This document shows positions 21,199-31,662 of a stretch of DNA of 64,000 nucleotides, in pieces; the first letter of the stretch is position 1, and every line of letters starts with the position of its first letter. This DNA is from an uncultured Chloroflexia bacterium. GTDB taxonomy: Bacteria > Chloroflexota > UBA6077 > JACCZL01. Under the pieces are notes generated by a model that made no database searches, was not told the DNA's origin, and saw only the letters and a list, made by a program, of their open reading frames with translations. The position numbers were made by a program, and so were the translations under genes. The stretch is from NCBI GenBank assembly GCA_963765765.1, contig CAVXYC010000007.1, forward strand, positions 64,001 to 128,000. The letters are read 5' to 3'.

Positions 21199-22281
21199 AT
21201 GACGCTCACACGATCCGACTTCATCGCTTCCCGAGATCAGCTCGATGAGTTCTACCAAGAGCTGCAAGCTCTGAGTCTCGGTGCGCTGTGGGCCAGCGCG
21301 GACTTGTCCAAGCTTCAGCATGTCAAAAAGGTAGAGCCGAAGCCGAAAGCGGTGCCGCACGTCTGGCGTTGGGACGATGTTCTTCCGCGGGCGCTCAAAG
21401 CCGCGGAGCTGGTGGGGACCCAGCAGGCTGAGCGGCGAGTGCTGCAGCTCAGGAACCCGGGCATTACGGAGCGGTCGGCCACCACCAACACGCTCTTCGC
21501 CGGAATCCAGATTGTCATGCCGGGCGAGGTTGCTCGCGCGCACCGGCACTCACTGGCTGCGCTGCGGTTCATCATCTCGAGCGAGGGTGGATACACCAAC
21601 GTCGAGGGTGAGCCCATCCCAATGCGGCCGGGCGACCTCGTGCTCACACCGAACTGGACCTGGCACGATCATGCCAACGATACTTCCCAGCCGATGATCT
21701 GGATGGATGGTCTGGATGCGCCGCTGGTGATGATGATGGAGGCGGCGTTCCAGGAAGAGTATCCGGACGAGCGTCAACCGCTCTCACGCGACGCCGGTCA
21801 TTCACAAACACAGTTCGGCGCCGGTGGGCTGCGCCCGGCGGGTGCCCCGCCTGAGCGGCGTCACTCGCCACTCATGCACTTCCCATGGAGCGAGACGCGG
21901 CCGGCGCTGGAGCGTTTCGCCGCATCCACGGAAGCCAGCGTGCATGATGGCGCGATCATGCAGTACACGAACCCCATGGACGGCGGACCGGTGATGCCGA
22001 CGCTGGATTGCTACGTCCAGATGTTGCGGCCGGGTGAGCGCACCATGGCGCACCGCCACACGTCGAGCGCCATCTACCACGTGATCGAGGGGCAGGGGCG
22101 GTCAATTGTCGGTGGCCAGAGCCTGGAATGGACGGAGAGAGACATCTTCTGCGTGCCCAATTGGACGGAGCATGAGCACGAGAACACCTCCGCCACGGAA
22201 CCGGCATTCCTGTTCAGCTTCACCGACATCCCGGTGCTGCGAGCGATGGACTTGCTGCGCGAAGAATCAGTGGAGAGCTAA
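21199..22281 (+). CDS. gtdA: Gentisate 1,2-dioxygenase family (bicupin)
   Basis: AERRVLQLRNPG, AHRHSLAALRF, WHDH, WMDGLDAP and HRHTSSAIYHVIEG. Confidence 0.85.
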   Translation: MTLTRSDFIASRDQLDEFYQELQALSLGALWASADLSKLQHVKKVEPKPKAVPHVWRWDDVLPRALKAAELVGTQQAERRVLQLRNPGITERSATTNTLFAGIQIVMPGEVARAHRHSLAALRFIISSEGGYTNVEGEPIPMRPGDLVLTPNWTWHDHANDTSQPMIWMDGLDAPLVMMMEAAFQEEYPDERQPLSRDAGHSQTQFGAGGLRPAGAPPERRHSPLMHFPWSETRPALERFAASTEASVHDGAIMQYTNPMDGGPVMPTLDCYVQMLRPGERTMAHRHTSSAIYHVIEGQGRSIVGGQSLEWTERDIFCVPNWTEHEHENTSATEPAFLFSFTDIPVLRAMDLLREESVES

Positions 22282-22360
22282 CCGCGTCTTTCGCGTCGTT
22301 GTTCGGCGCGTCACCGTTTCGACCACCGAAGCTCAGCCAGGCGTTTGATATTCTCCCTCC

Positions 22361-23641
22361 GTGGAGAATCAACAGCGCCATATCGCCGTACTCGGCGCGG
22401 GCGCGCTTGGCCTGGCCGCGGCGCGCCGACTTACTCGGGCCGGTATCCGGGTCACGATGATCGAACGAGAATCATTGCCTGGTGGACTGGCGGCCGGGTT
22501 TCGAGTGGGTCCGTCCTGGTTGGAAAAGTTCTACCACCATATCTTTGGTACCGATACACGCATCATCGAGCTGATCGATGAGCTGGGTCTCGGCGGCGAT
22601 ATGCACTGGGGAAGCTCACCCACGTCCATGCTGCGTGATGGCCAGACCTATCCGCTCGATGGGCCGATCCCAGTTCTGAAATTCACGCCACTATCGATGC
22701 TATCGCGCCTTCGTCTTGGCGCAGGTATCGCGGCGCTCAAGCTGCTTCCAAATCCCAAAGCGTTCGAGCGCGAGACCGCGGCACATTGGATCCGTAAATG
22801 GATGGGTTCGCAGGTCTACGAAGTCGTCTGGGAGCCACTTCTTCGCGGAAAGTTCGGCGACTACGCGGAGACAGTATCGATGCCCTGGTTCTGGGCTCGC
22901 ATCTATTGTCGAACGCCAAAACTCGGCTATCTTCGCGGCGGTTTCCAGCGGCTGTACGAAGCGATGGCGGATGAGATTCGGTCCTCTGGATCGGAGATAC
23001 AGCTCGAGACGTCAGTCCGCTGCATCGAGCGAGCGGAGAACGGCGTCAGGGTGGAGACGGATCGCGGCGAGAACACCTATGACGCCGTGCTCTGCACCCT
23101 TCCGACACGGATGTTCATCCAGTTAAGCGAGGGCCTTCCGGATAGTTACCGATCCCGATATGAGTCCGCGATCGATCACTACTCCGCTCACTGTCTGGTT
23201 CTGGAGCTCGATCGGCAGCTTCAGTCGAGCTACTGGCTGAATATCAATGATCCGGGCTATCCGTTCCTGGCACTCGTCGAGCACACCAATATCATGCCGA
23301 CGGCTGATTACGGCGACTCGCACCTCATTTATCTTGGAAACTATCTGCCTCCAGATCACGAGCTGTTTTCGCTCTCGGGTGAAGAGATCTTCGATCGCTA
23401 CCTGCCGCACATCCAGCGCATCAACGCCAGTTTCGATCGCTCGTGGGTAAAGAACGTCCATTCATTCTCGGCGCACTACGCGCAGCCCATCGTACGCGTC
23501 GGATATCCGTCGCTCCTTGCTCCCCACCGCACGCCTCTGAAGGATGTGTGGCTGGCCAACATGGGACACGTGTATCCGCAGGACCGCGGACAGAATTATT
23601 CGCTGGCGCTGGGCGAGCGTGTTGCCGGGATGATGCTGTAG
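22361..23641 (+). CDS. FAD-dependent oxidoreductase (protoporphyrinogen oxidase/amine oxidase-like)
   Basis: GAGALGL Rossmann motif, GGLA, EKFYHH and YPQDRG. Confidence 0.88.
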   Translation: MENQQRHIAVLGAGALGLAAARRLTRAGIRVTMIERESLPGGLAAGFRVGPSWLEKFYHHIFGTDTRIIELIDELGLGGDMHWGSSPTSMLRDGQTYPLDGPIPVLKFTPLSMLSRLRLGAGIAALKLLPNPKAFERETAAHWIRKWMGSQVYEVVWEPLLRGKFGDYAETVSMPWFWARIYCRTPKLGYLRGGFQRLYEAMADEIRSSGSEIQLETSVRCIERAENGVRVETDRGENTYDAVLCTLPTRMFIQLSEGLPDSYRSRYESAIDHYSAHCLVLELDRQLQSSYWLNINDPGYPFLALVEHTNIMPTADYGDSHLIYLGNYLPPDHELFSLSGEEIFDRYLPHIQRINASFDRSWVKNVHSFSAHYAQPIVRVGYPSLLAPHRTPLKDVWLANMGHVYPQDRGQNYSLALGERVAGMML

Positions 23642-23663
23642 GGCGGCGGGTGCGGCCCAGGTT

Positions 23664-23722
23664 GGTTCCTCCAGCGATCACGTCGCCGGAGGAACCGCAC
23701 CCTTACGGCATGCGGCTCTGCT
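23664..23722. repeat. Degenerate copy of REP family A
   Basis: GGAACCGCACCCTTACGGCATGCGGCTCTGCT matches the 4916-4954 arm; partial partner GGTTCCTCC upstream. Confidence 0.75.
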
Positions 23723-23734
23723 GGTGGCTAGCCG

Positions 23735-23941
23735 CTACGCGGTGGCTGACACTGTTGATTCGAAACCGCATGTGCGGTGCGTCGCATCGCAGAATGGCTT
23801 CTTGCTGCTCTGACCACAGCGACAGAGCACTATACGCTCCGACTCAAGCTTAAACTCGTTTCCTTCAGCGTCCAGCAGTGTGATCGGTCCCTCAATAATC
23901 AGTGGACCATTGGGCCTGACGTTCACTTTTACGTCCGCCAT
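23735..23941 (-). CDS. CDGSH iron-sulfur domain protein
   Basis: NGPL...LCRCGQSSKKPFCDATH. Confidence 0.93.
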   Translation of the reverse strand: MADVKVNVRPNGPLIIEGPITLLDAEGNEFKLESERIVLCRCGQSSKKPFCDATHRTCGFESTVSATA

Positions 23942-24175
23942 CGATTGTGCCTCCAGAGCAATTTACCGGTGCGCGGGAAGCCGCGGGCGGCCGAAACGCG
24001 CATCGCGCTATTCTACCGGTATGTCGGCCGGCCAGATGACTATCAGTGCCGCGAGCCCGACCGCTGGACGAGATCCCGGGCAAGGCCGTACCCTTGGCAA
24101 GCCCCACTCTGGCCAGACATTCCCCGACCAAGGACCACTTCGCTGTCTGTAAGCCCTGCTCGTCCGCCGCTGCGT

Positions 24176-25420
24176 GTGCCCTTTTTCTATGGTTGGGTCA
24201 TTGTCGCGGTCTGCTTCGTGTCGGCATGCTTGTCCGGCGCTACTTCTCAGCTCTTCATGGCCGTCATGGTGGTACCCATGTCCGAGGAGATGGGTTGGAC
24301 CCGCACGGAGGCTTCCTTTGCGCTAACACTGGGCGTGCTGGTGACCGCGATCCTTTCGCCGCTGTTGGGTCGACTCGCGGATCGGCACGGGCCGCGAGTT
24401 CTGCTCCCGATCGCCTCGGTGGTTGTCGCGGCCGGCTTCCTGGGTCTGGCAATGCTGCAGAACCTCTGGCAGTACTACGCCAGCTACGCCATCGGCCGTG
24501 GCGTATCCCAAGCTTCGCTCAGCGGCGTCGTCTCCAACACGGCCGTCACCAACTGGTTCCGCCGCTATCGTGGCCGGGCAGTGGGTATTTACGGCATCGC
24601 ATTCCCAGTCTCCAACACATTCATGGTGCCGCTGGCTCAGCTCGTCATGCTCGGCTATGGCTGGCGTGCCGTGTTCGTCGGCATGAGCGTGCTCACCGTC
24701 CTCCTGGTGATACCAACCTTCTGGCTCTTGAGGAAGCGACCGGAGGACGTTGGGCTCCTTCCGGACGGCGAGCCACCCCGAGCAGACCAATCCACCACAC
24801 CCCAACATTTCTCCTCGGACCACGATTTCACCCTGCATGAAGCCATGCATACGAGGACGTTCTGGTTCCTTGTCGTGGGACAGTTCATCGCCGTGCTCAT
24901 CAGCGGCTCAGCTTCATTTCACCTGTTCCAGCACTATGCCGACGCGGGCATCTCGGCGGCGATGATCGGGTTCGCCATCGGAGGCTACGCGCTCAGCAAC
25001 GGTCTCTCCATGGGGCTCTGGGGCGCCCTGGCAGATCGTATCTCGGAGCGCATCCTTGGCATGGTCTCCTCCCTGATAGGTGGTCTCATCATCCTTGCGG
25101 TCATGTTCAACACCAATGAGCTGGTGGCTCTCCTGCTTGCGGCTTCGTACGGTTTAGCCGTGCGAGGCGAAGGGGCGGTGTACTACCTGATCATCGCCCG
25201 CTACTTCGGACGAGGCTCGTTTGGTACGATCAGCGGCACGCTGCTTCCCATCGGCTATGTTGGACTGGGAATTGGTCCACCGCTGGGATCGCTGATGCAC
25301 GACGCAACTGGCTCGTATGCCACCTTCCTGGGATCGCTGGTGGTGTGCCACGTGCTTGGCACACTGGCGCTGTTCTTCGCCCGTGCGCCCAAGTTGCCGG
25401 CGCGAATGCTCGTAGCGTGA
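24176..25420 (+). CDS. MFS transporter (MCT/OFA-like)
   Basis: FYGWVIV, GRLADRHGPR and WFRRYRGRA; about 12 TM; start uncertain. Confidence 0.88.
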   Translation: MPFFYGWVIVAVCFVSACLSGATSQLFMAVMVVPMSEEMGWTRTEASFALTLGVLVTAILSPLLGRLADRHGPRVLLPIASVVVAAGFLGLAMLQNLWQYYASYAIGRGVSQASLSGVVSNTAVTNWFRRYRGRAVGIYGIAFPVSNTFMVPLAQLVMLGYGWRAVFVGMSVLTVLLVIPTFWLLRKRPEDVGLLPDGEPPRADQSTTPQHFSSDHDFTLHEAMHTRTFWFLVVGQFIAVLISGSASFHLFQHYADAGISAAMIGFAIGGYALSNGLSMGLWGALADRISERILGMVSSLIGGLIILAVMFNTNELVALLLAASYGLAVRGEGAVYYLIIARYFGRGSFGTISGTLLPIGYVGLGIGPPLGSLMHDATGSYATFLGSLVVCHVLGTLALFFARAPKLPARMLVA

Positions 25421-25514
25421 TGTCCTTATGCGCTGCAAAGGTTCAAAGGATCTGGTTGCTCGGATTTCGGGCGGTTACTATCCTTAGCACTCTTCCGATG
25501 ATCAGGAACCACTT

Positions 25515-26303
25515 GTGAAAGACGCGCGGCAGTCGCTGGAGTGGCTGCGTACACCACTGAATTCCGTTCTAGGCATGATTCAGCATCGATGGGTTCGCGC
25601 GTTGTTGCACCCCAGCGAGCTGGATGCGGCCGGCCGATTCGAGCGCACTGTCAATCGAATCAAATATGGAATGCCGGATCGCTACGGCCATCTAAGCCAG
25701 ACGATCAAGCGTCGTCGTGCGCGTCGCCTCCTGGAAATTGGCGTATGGGACGCCGTGCACAGCACCTGGATGATCGAGGCGGCGCTCAAGCAGCACCGAC
25801 CTGGAGAGATCGCCTATTTCGGATTCGATCTCTTTGAGCATGCGGATGAAAGCACAATTGACCGCGAGATCTCGAAGGCCGCGCCAAGCCTGCAGCACGT
25901 CCGATCCGTGCTGCAGCGATTCGTGGATCAGGGTGTCACGGTCCACCTCTTTAGGGGCGACAGCACGGTGATTCTTCCCAAGCTTGCACCCGTGCTTCCG
26001 CGAATGGACTTTGTGTTCATTGACGGCGGCCACTCTGAGGAGACAGTGCGGAGCGATTGGACATCGGTCGCTCAATGCATCGGCCCCGAGTCAGTAGTCA
26101 TTTTCGATGACTACGTGGATCCACGTTCAGCGATAGAAAGCGGCGTCGGCGTCAACACTGTGGTCAACGGTCTGGACCCGAGTCAATACAAACGTCGCCT
26201 GCTCCAACCCCGCGATAAATTTCCGAAGCCGTGGGGGACCCTCCGCATCGCGTTCGCCGAGATCCGGCAGCGGACCTCGGCGGCGATGCATCCCGCGTCC
26301 TGA
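25515..26303 (+). CDS. Class I SAM-dependent methyltransferase (Methyltransf_24-like)
   Basis: LEIGV, YFGFDLF, RGDS, FVFIDGGHS and VIFDDY. Confidence 0.85.
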   Translation: MKDARQSLEWLRTPLNSVLGMIQHRWVRALLHPSELDAAGRFERTVNRIKYGMPDRYGHLSQTIKRRRARRLLEIGVWDAVHSTWMIEAALKQHRPGEIAYFGFDLFEHADESTIDREISKAAPSLQHVRSVLQRFVDQGVTVHLFRGDSTVILPKLAPVLPRMDFVFIDGGHSEETVRSDWTSVAQCIGPESVVIFDDYVDPRSAIESGVGVNTVVNGLDPSQYKRRLLQPRDKFPKPWGTLRIAFAEIRQRTSAAMHPAS

Positions 26304-26415
26304 GCAGAAAGCCCTTTCGTCCATAGCAGCGGCTCAAATGCGGTTGTGCCGGAATTGATACCGCCTGGGCCTTGCTCACAATCGCTGCTGAGGCGTAAGA
26401 TGCGCCCGACGTGAA

Positions 26416-26446
26416 ATATTAAGAATACTCAGGAAATTCTTAATAT
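26416..26446. promoter_or_regulatory. Palindromic operator TTAAGA-N13-TCTTAA, copy 1
   Basis: Perfect 11-bp IR ATATTAAGAAT/ATTCTTAATAT with a 9-bp spacer, 33 bp upstream of ATG 26480. Confidence 0.7.
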
Positions 26447-26479
26447 AGGCCCGTCGCCGTCTCATTCTGTCACTGCATC

Positions 26480-28066
26480 ATGGACCGTTTGCGCGACCGA
26501 TCTTCAACGTTCCGGCTGGTACTCGCGCTCGTCGTAGGCCCATGGCTCTGCCTGGCCTTCAAATCGCCCGCGCTGTACTGGACGGGTGAGCCGCTGCCAT
26601 TCGCGCGCATACGCGAGTCAGCCTGGCGCATCGGGTTCTTGAGCGACACGATGTTTCTCTTCAGTTTGTTGATCATTGGCTACATCCTGCTTGTCTGGCT
26701 GGTCGAGTCAGGCCATGATGATCTGCCCGTCTCCCTCGTCATTGCTGTCTCAGGGCTCACCGGCCTGGCCGCGATGTTCACGTATGCCATGTTCGCGGAG
26801 GACGTGAATTTTCTTCTCGGAAATCTCTGGACGTTCTCGATCGCGGGGGAGAATCCCTACGAAACGAGCATTGCCGAGATCCCCAACAACCCATTCCGCG
26901 CGTTCACCACCTGGTCGACGCTCGAGTTTCTTTACGGCCCAGCGGTACTCCTGCCGGGGTCCTTGCTTATACATCTCACCGGATTCAGCGTGCTGAATGG
27001 CGTATTCGCTATGAAAATCACCATGCTGTTGGTCTTCTGGCTGGCGGGCGCCACGGTGTATCTCATCGGCCGAGACCTTCGATTCCGTAAGCCCGTGGGA
27101 CTGGCCGCGCTGCTGCTCTGGAATCCGCTCATCCTGGCGGAGAGTGTGATGACGCCCCATCTCGACCTCGCCATGGCCGCTCTTGTGCTCCTTGGCGCAC
27201 TTGCCTGGATGCATCGACGCGAAGCTACCGCCATGCTCTTACTGGGCCTTTCCGTGGGCGTAAAGCTCGTGACCGCGCTGATCATTCCGATCGCACTCCT
27301 GGGAATTGCGCTCAGCTTGCGACAGCGTCGCTGGAAGGGCGCACGATCCACCACGGTGATACTCGTCATTCTAGGCGTGTTGACGGCGGCGCTCTGGCCC
27401 GACGTTTGGGAACCATTGCTCGAGAACGGCGTTCGGAAGGAGCTTGACTTCGACACGGTTGGCGCTCTCCTGCCTCCCCTGGTCGCAACAATCCAGGCAT
27501 TTGGTCCTGGCTGGGTCCATCCCGACGAGGACCCCTGGGAGGTGGCGCAAATTTGGAGATGGTCTATCTTCATTCCGTTCTGGATCGCGGCCGTCGCATG
27601 CTCCGGCTGGATCGCCTGGCGCATGAGCCATCGACTTCCCGCGGCGCTCTTCCTTCCGCTGGCCACGGTTTTGCTGGGATACCACATGCTTTTCACCATG
27701 GTAGTTCTGCCGTGGCATTTCATCACTGCGATCTGCCTGAGCCTGGCCTCAGGGACCCGCGTGGGCCGCTTCTCGGCAGCGATGATCACCGTGAGCGGCC
27801 TTCTCTACCACTTGAACGACCGCTGGGTCTGGTTCGTCTTTGAGGATCAGTACGTGGCCAGAACTCTGGTGATGGTCACCACGCTGCTCACCGGGCCGGC
27901 ATTGGCGTTGTGCTTGATGTTGGCGCATACCTGGGTTCAGGCGCGGTCCGCCGGACGCCATCATGGAAGGTGGAGGTCAGAAAAGGAAGTGGTCCCACAA
28001 GGCCATGGGAAATTACGCATTGAAGCGCCCGTCTTGAGCGTCGGCGTGCTCGCGGCTAGTGATTGA
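26480..28066 (+). CDS. GT-C fold polytopic glycosyltransferase (MptA/MptB/GT87-like)
   Basis: Many TM helices; early acidic ED, ENPY, YGP, WNPL...HLD, GVK and PW motifs typical of polyprenol-P-sugar transferases. Confidence 0.72.
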   Translation: MDRLRDRSSTFRLVLALVVGPWLCLAFKSPALYWTGEPLPFARIRESAWRIGFLSDTMFLFSLLIIGYILLVWLVESGHDDLPVSLVIAVSGLTGLAAMFTYAMFAEDVNFLLGNLWTFSIAGENPYETSIAEIPNNPFRAFTTWSTLEFLYGPAVLLPGSLLIHLTGFSVLNGVFAMKITMLLVFWLAGATVYLIGRDLRFRKPVGLAALLLWNPLILAESVMTPHLDLAMAALVLLGALAWMHRREATAMLLLGLSVGVKLVTALIIPIALLGIALSLRQRRWKGARSTTVILVILGVLTAALWPDVWEPLLENGVRKELDFDTVGALLPPLVATIQAFGPGWVHPDEDPWEVAQIWRWSIFIPFWIAAVACSGWIAWRMSHRLPAALFLPLATVLLGYHMLFTMVVLPWHFITAICLSLASGTRVGRFSAAMITVSGLLYHLNDRWVWFVFEDQYVARTLVMVTTLLTGPALALCLMLAHTWVQARSAGRHHGRWRSEKEVVPQGHGKLRIEAPVLSVGVLAASD

Positions 28067-28104
28067 ATTGTTGGTGAACGGAATCGTCGGCATCGGAGGC
28101 AGTC

Positions 28105-28587
28105 ATGAAGACATCACTGATCGGGGCGCTTGGCGCCGGCATTGCGATACTCGGCCTTGTGACGAGTGCCGGGGCACAAGAAGGCTGTGGCGGTGCTGCC
28201 GAAGGCGTGGATCTCGCCGTGCAGAGCGCACGCCTGCGACAGCGCGATGAGGGCTGGGTCGTTCTATACACGGTAAGCAACCGTGGGCGAATGACGAGCA
28301 CTTCGTACAACGTGTCTTTGACGATCGATGGGGCTGAGCTCAGCACTGAGGACGAGTATCTCATTGGGTTGGAGCCCGGTCACCGGCGCCGCTGGGAGCT
28401 ACCACTTCCGGAGGAGGCGCCATCACCAGACGGACATGACCTAGTGGTGCACATCTCTACTGCGACGAAAGACTCCGCCGCGGGGCCCAGCTATATCGAC
28501 CAGTGCGCACTCAACGATGAGCTTCCCGTGCCCATGCCCGCTCCAAGACGAACGATCTCCGAGGATTCCACCACGGATGAGTCCTGA
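28105..28587 (+). CDS. Secreted CARDB-like Ig-fold protein
   Basis: Signal peptide ...SAGA; DLAV...YTVSNRG...GLEPG...LND pattern. Confidence 0.6.
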   Translation: MKTSLIGALGAGIAILGLVTSAGAQEGCGGAAEGVDLAVQSARLRQRDEGWVVLYTVSNRGRMTSTSYNVSLTIDGAELSTEDEYLIGLEPGHRRRWELPLPEEAPSPDGHDLVVHISTATKDSAAGPSYIDQCALNDELPVPMPAPRRTISEDSTTDES

Positions 28588-29728
28588 CCATCGCTCGGAC
28601 AGGGCACGACTTGCGCATCTCCCTCGGTGCGCCTTTCAGAAAGCTTCGCGGCTGATGACCACGGCCGTGCTTGGTGCATTCCTCATGGTTCCCCAAAGCG
28701 CTCACGCGGATGCGTGTGGCTCCGCATCACCCTGGCCGCCGCCATTCGCGTTTCCGAATCTCGACCAGACTGAACCATCTGGACGTGTCGCACCAAGCGA
28801 AGTCAGGGTTGCACCAGAGGCTGCGGGTTTCACCTACCGCGTTAACGGTCAGGCAGAGACGGTGCACGGGATGGGTTACAACCCGCGGCTGGCCTCCCTA
28901 CCTCTGAATGAGCGTCGAGCCGTGCTCGAGCGCGATTTTGCAGCCATGCGAAGTATTGGCGTCAACACGGTGTTCGGCTGGGACCCGGCCGAGTTCGATG
29001 GATTGCTCCTTGACGTCGCTGACGATTATGGACTGGGCGTGGCGGTGCCGTATGACATCGACTTCACGGCTAACCTGAGTGACCCCTCTGCGCAAGCCAC
29101 GGCGCGGTCGCATGTCCTCTCACTTGTGGAGCGCTACCGTCAGCATCCGGCGCTTCGCATGTGGGCCGTGGGCAACGAGGTGCTTCAGCGAACCGTGCCG
29201 CCCTTCTGGTGCTCGCCAGAGTCGTTCGATGATGCCAGCGTCGCGCGGGCGCGCTCGCTGGCCAGATTTGTCGTCGAGCTCACTGATGCCGTACACGAGT
29301 TGGACCCGTTCCATCCCGTGCTCTACCGAGAATCGGAAGATGCCTACACTTCCTGGCTCACTGAAGCCTGGGCTGAGACGCCGACTGCTCGTCCCTGGCT
29401 TATCTACGGCGTCAATGCGTACACGGCCAGACTCGGGGAGATCATTGACAGTCTTCCCAGTCGTGGAATCGACGGTGCCGTGCTTGTCTCGGAATTCGCG
29501 CCCTGGGAAGGTGAGCGGGGTGCCAGGTCTCTGGGATTACGGGAGCTTTGGGCTCAGATCCAATCGCGTGAGCGAGGAGTCATCGGCGCTGCGGTCTACG
29601 TTTGGTACGCCGAAGGTCCTGAAGTCATCGACCAGCGCTTTGGCCTAGTAGATGCGGGTGCAAGGCCGGTAGATGACGCGGTTGAAACGATCGCGCAGCT
29701 CTTCGGAGGCGAGGGGGTCGGGAGATGA
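28577..29728 (+). CDS. Secreted clan-A glycoside hydrolase, GH2-like TIM barrel (paralog 1)
   Basis: Signal ...SAHA; GMGYNP, GVNTV, HPALRMWAVGNE (acid/base) and VSEFAP (nucleophile). Confidence 0.8.
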   Translation: MSPDHRSDRARLAHLPRCAFQKASRLMTTAVLGAFLMVPQSAHADACGSASPWPPPFAFPNLDQTEPSGRVAPSEVRVAPEAAGFTYRVNGQAETVHGMGYNPRLASLPLNERRAVLERDFAAMRSIGVNTVFGWDPAEFDGLLLDVADDYGLGVAVPYDIDFTANLSDPSAQATARSHVLSLVERYRQHPALRMWAVGNEVLQRTVPPFWCSPESFDDASVARARSLARFVVELTDAVHELDPFHPVLYRESEDAYTSWLTEAWAETPTARPWLIYGVNAYTARLGEIIDSLPSRGIDGAVLVSEFAPWEGERGARSLGLRELWAQIQSRERGVIGAAVYVWYAEGPEVIDQRFGLVDAGARPVDDAVETIAQLFGGEGVGR

Positions 29729-31257
29729 GCGTACGTCTGCATTCCGTGCGGTCCGCCCTGGCCGTACTTTTGACGATCTGCCTGCTTGCATCGCCAGATC
29801 AGGGCTCCGCGCAGTTCTTTCCCGATGCCGAGCCGACCAATAGTCAGATTACTTTTGGATGCGATCCAGGTCCGGTCGAGCCATTGGAGCATGCCGATCC
29901 CCCCGTGCCGCCCAGGCGAAGTGTGGCGGTCGATCTTCCGCCCACTCCGATGAGGCTCACCGTCCCGAGCGGCTCTTCCGCTCGTACGATTGCCGGAACT
30001 GGGTTCAACTTGGAGCATACCCTCTGGAGCTGCAGGCAATTTCGCCGCATCATGGGAGCCTGGTTACTCCAGCCCTTCGAACCAGAAGTGGCTCGAGTGG
30101 ACACTGGGCAGCTTCCACTGGCGCCTGAAGACTTAAGTGCCGATCAGCTCAACTGGCAGATCTATCAGTCGATCATGGACGACCCAAAGTATCAGCCGAG
30201 CTGGGAGATGCTTCGGCGGCTGAACAGCGAAAACGTTCGGCTTATGCTCGGAGTCTGGGGCGCACCCGGTGCGTTCACCGACGACGGCACCCGCCGTGGA
30301 CGGCTCTTGCCTGAGTACGTGGAGCAGTACGCTGAGTACTACGAGGCGGTGGTTGACTATCTGGTGAACCGCCAGTCTATACAGGTCTGGTCGGCTACGG
30401 TCATGAACGAGCCCGACGGAGGCGACGGTACCTTGATCGACCCCGACCTCTTCATGGAGGTCGCGGCGGAGCTGGGCCCACGCCTTGCGCGATACGGCGT
30501 GGGACTCTATGGGCCCGATACGGCATCAGCAACCAACGCCATGCCATACGTGGATCTGCTGCTCAATGAGCCGTCAACGGCAGCCTACTTCAACGCGATC
30601 GGAACGCACGAATACTTCTCAGAGCACGGCCTCTCAGATCTTGTCAGCCTGCTCCGATCGAGTGGCTCATCATTGCCCGTCTACGTCACCGAGTACACCA
30701 GCTTCATGTTTGGCGCGATGGACCGGGGGCAAGAAGCCTCTGATGAAGTGGGACACTTATTGGACAGTCTGAGCACCTACATTTCTGTCATGAATGCCGG
30801 TGCCGATGCCGCGCTCTACTGGGATGCCGTGGACTACTACCAGGCGGGACACGCCGCCATCACCCGGTGGGGGCTCCTGGAAGGCCCAGACTCCGGCTTT
30901 GAACCGCGCAAGCGCTACTTTGGATTCCGTCAGGTGCTGCCGTATCTCCAGGCCGGAGCGCGCCTCTTGCCGCTACGTCTTACTGGCGGCCACCCGGCAT
31001 CGGCAATGGCGGTCTTGAATCGGGACGAGTCCATTGATGACATCATGATCGCGCTGGTGAATCGCGGCGGACCAGTCACGCTGGATGTGCAATTCGAGGC
31101 AACCGCTCCGCAAACCATGGATGTGTACGTGACCGACGAGGATCGCGACGACGAGCGCATCGGTCGGGTGCTCACGCGCGGTTCGGTGGCCTCCGTGTAC
31201 CTGCCCGCGGAGTCTCTTGTCACGCTTGTGACGGGGCCCGCCCCGCTGGAGGATTGA
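29725..31257 (+). CDS. Secreted clan-A glycoside hydrolase, GH30-like
   Basis: Signal peptide; MNEPD acid/base, YVTEY nucleophile and a C-terminal beta-sandwich (ALVN...YVT...LPAESLVT); ATGA overlap with the previous gene. Confidence 0.75.
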   Translation: MSVRLHSVRSALAVLLTICLLASPDQGSAQFFPDAEPTNSQITFGCDPGPVEPLEHADPPVPPRRSVAVDLPPTPMRLTVPSGSSARTIAGTGFNLEHTLWSCRQFRRIMGAWLLQPFEPEVARVDTGQLPLAPEDLSADQLNWQIYQSIMDDPKYQPSWEMLRRLNSENVRLMLGVWGAPGAFTDDGTRRGRLLPEYVEQYAEYYEAVVDYLVNRQSIQVWSATVMNEPDGGDGTLIDPDLFMEVAAELGPRLARYGVGLYGPDTASATNAMPYVDLLLNEPSTAAYFNAIGTHEYFSEHGLSDLVSLLRSSGSSLPVYVTEYTSFMFGAMDRGQEASDEVGHLLDSLSTYISVMNAGADAALYWDAVDYYQAGHAAITRWGLLEGPDSGFEPRKRYFGFRQVLPYLQAGARLLPLRLTGGHPASAMAVLNRDESIDDIMIALVNRGGPVTLDVQFEATAPQTMDVYVTDEDRDDERIGRVLTRGSVASVYLPAESLVTLVTGPAPLED

Positions 31258-31278
31258 CCTCAGACAAGGTGGGGCTTG

Positions 31279-31662
31279 CTAAGTCAGAAGCGGCACATCG
31301 TACGCCGCGAATGCGCGGTCAGATGACACAAGAGTCAATCCTTCGACGAGCGCCTGAGCAATCAGAAGTCGATCAAAAGGGTCACCGTGATGTCGCGGAA
31401 GCCACGCCGCGTGCGCGGCGTGGCGTGCCGTTATCGGAAGCTCGGTAAAGCCATTTGCCTCGATGGCGCCTAGTACGTCTGTTTCGCCGAGGTCCAGTCT
31501 CCCAGCGGCACTCTTGACAGAGACTTCCCAAACGGTGGCCGCGCTTATGTGGACGATCGAGTCTGTGTCGGCAATGCAATCTCGCGCCGAGATGCTGAGA
31601 TTCGCATCATCATTGAGCCACCATAAATAGGCATGCGTGTCGAGGAGAATTCTCAGAGTCAT
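31279..31662 (-). CDS. vapC: Type II toxin VapC (PIN domain)
   Basis: ILLDTH...W, SAATVWE, HGDPFDRLLIAQA and VSSD. Confidence 0.95.
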   Translation of the reverse strand: MTLRILLDTHAYLWWLNDDANLSISARDCIADTDSIVHISAATVWEVSVKSAAGRLDLGETDVLGAIEANGFTELPITARHAAHAAWLPRHHGDPFDRLLIAQALVEGLTLVSSDRAFAAYDVPLLT

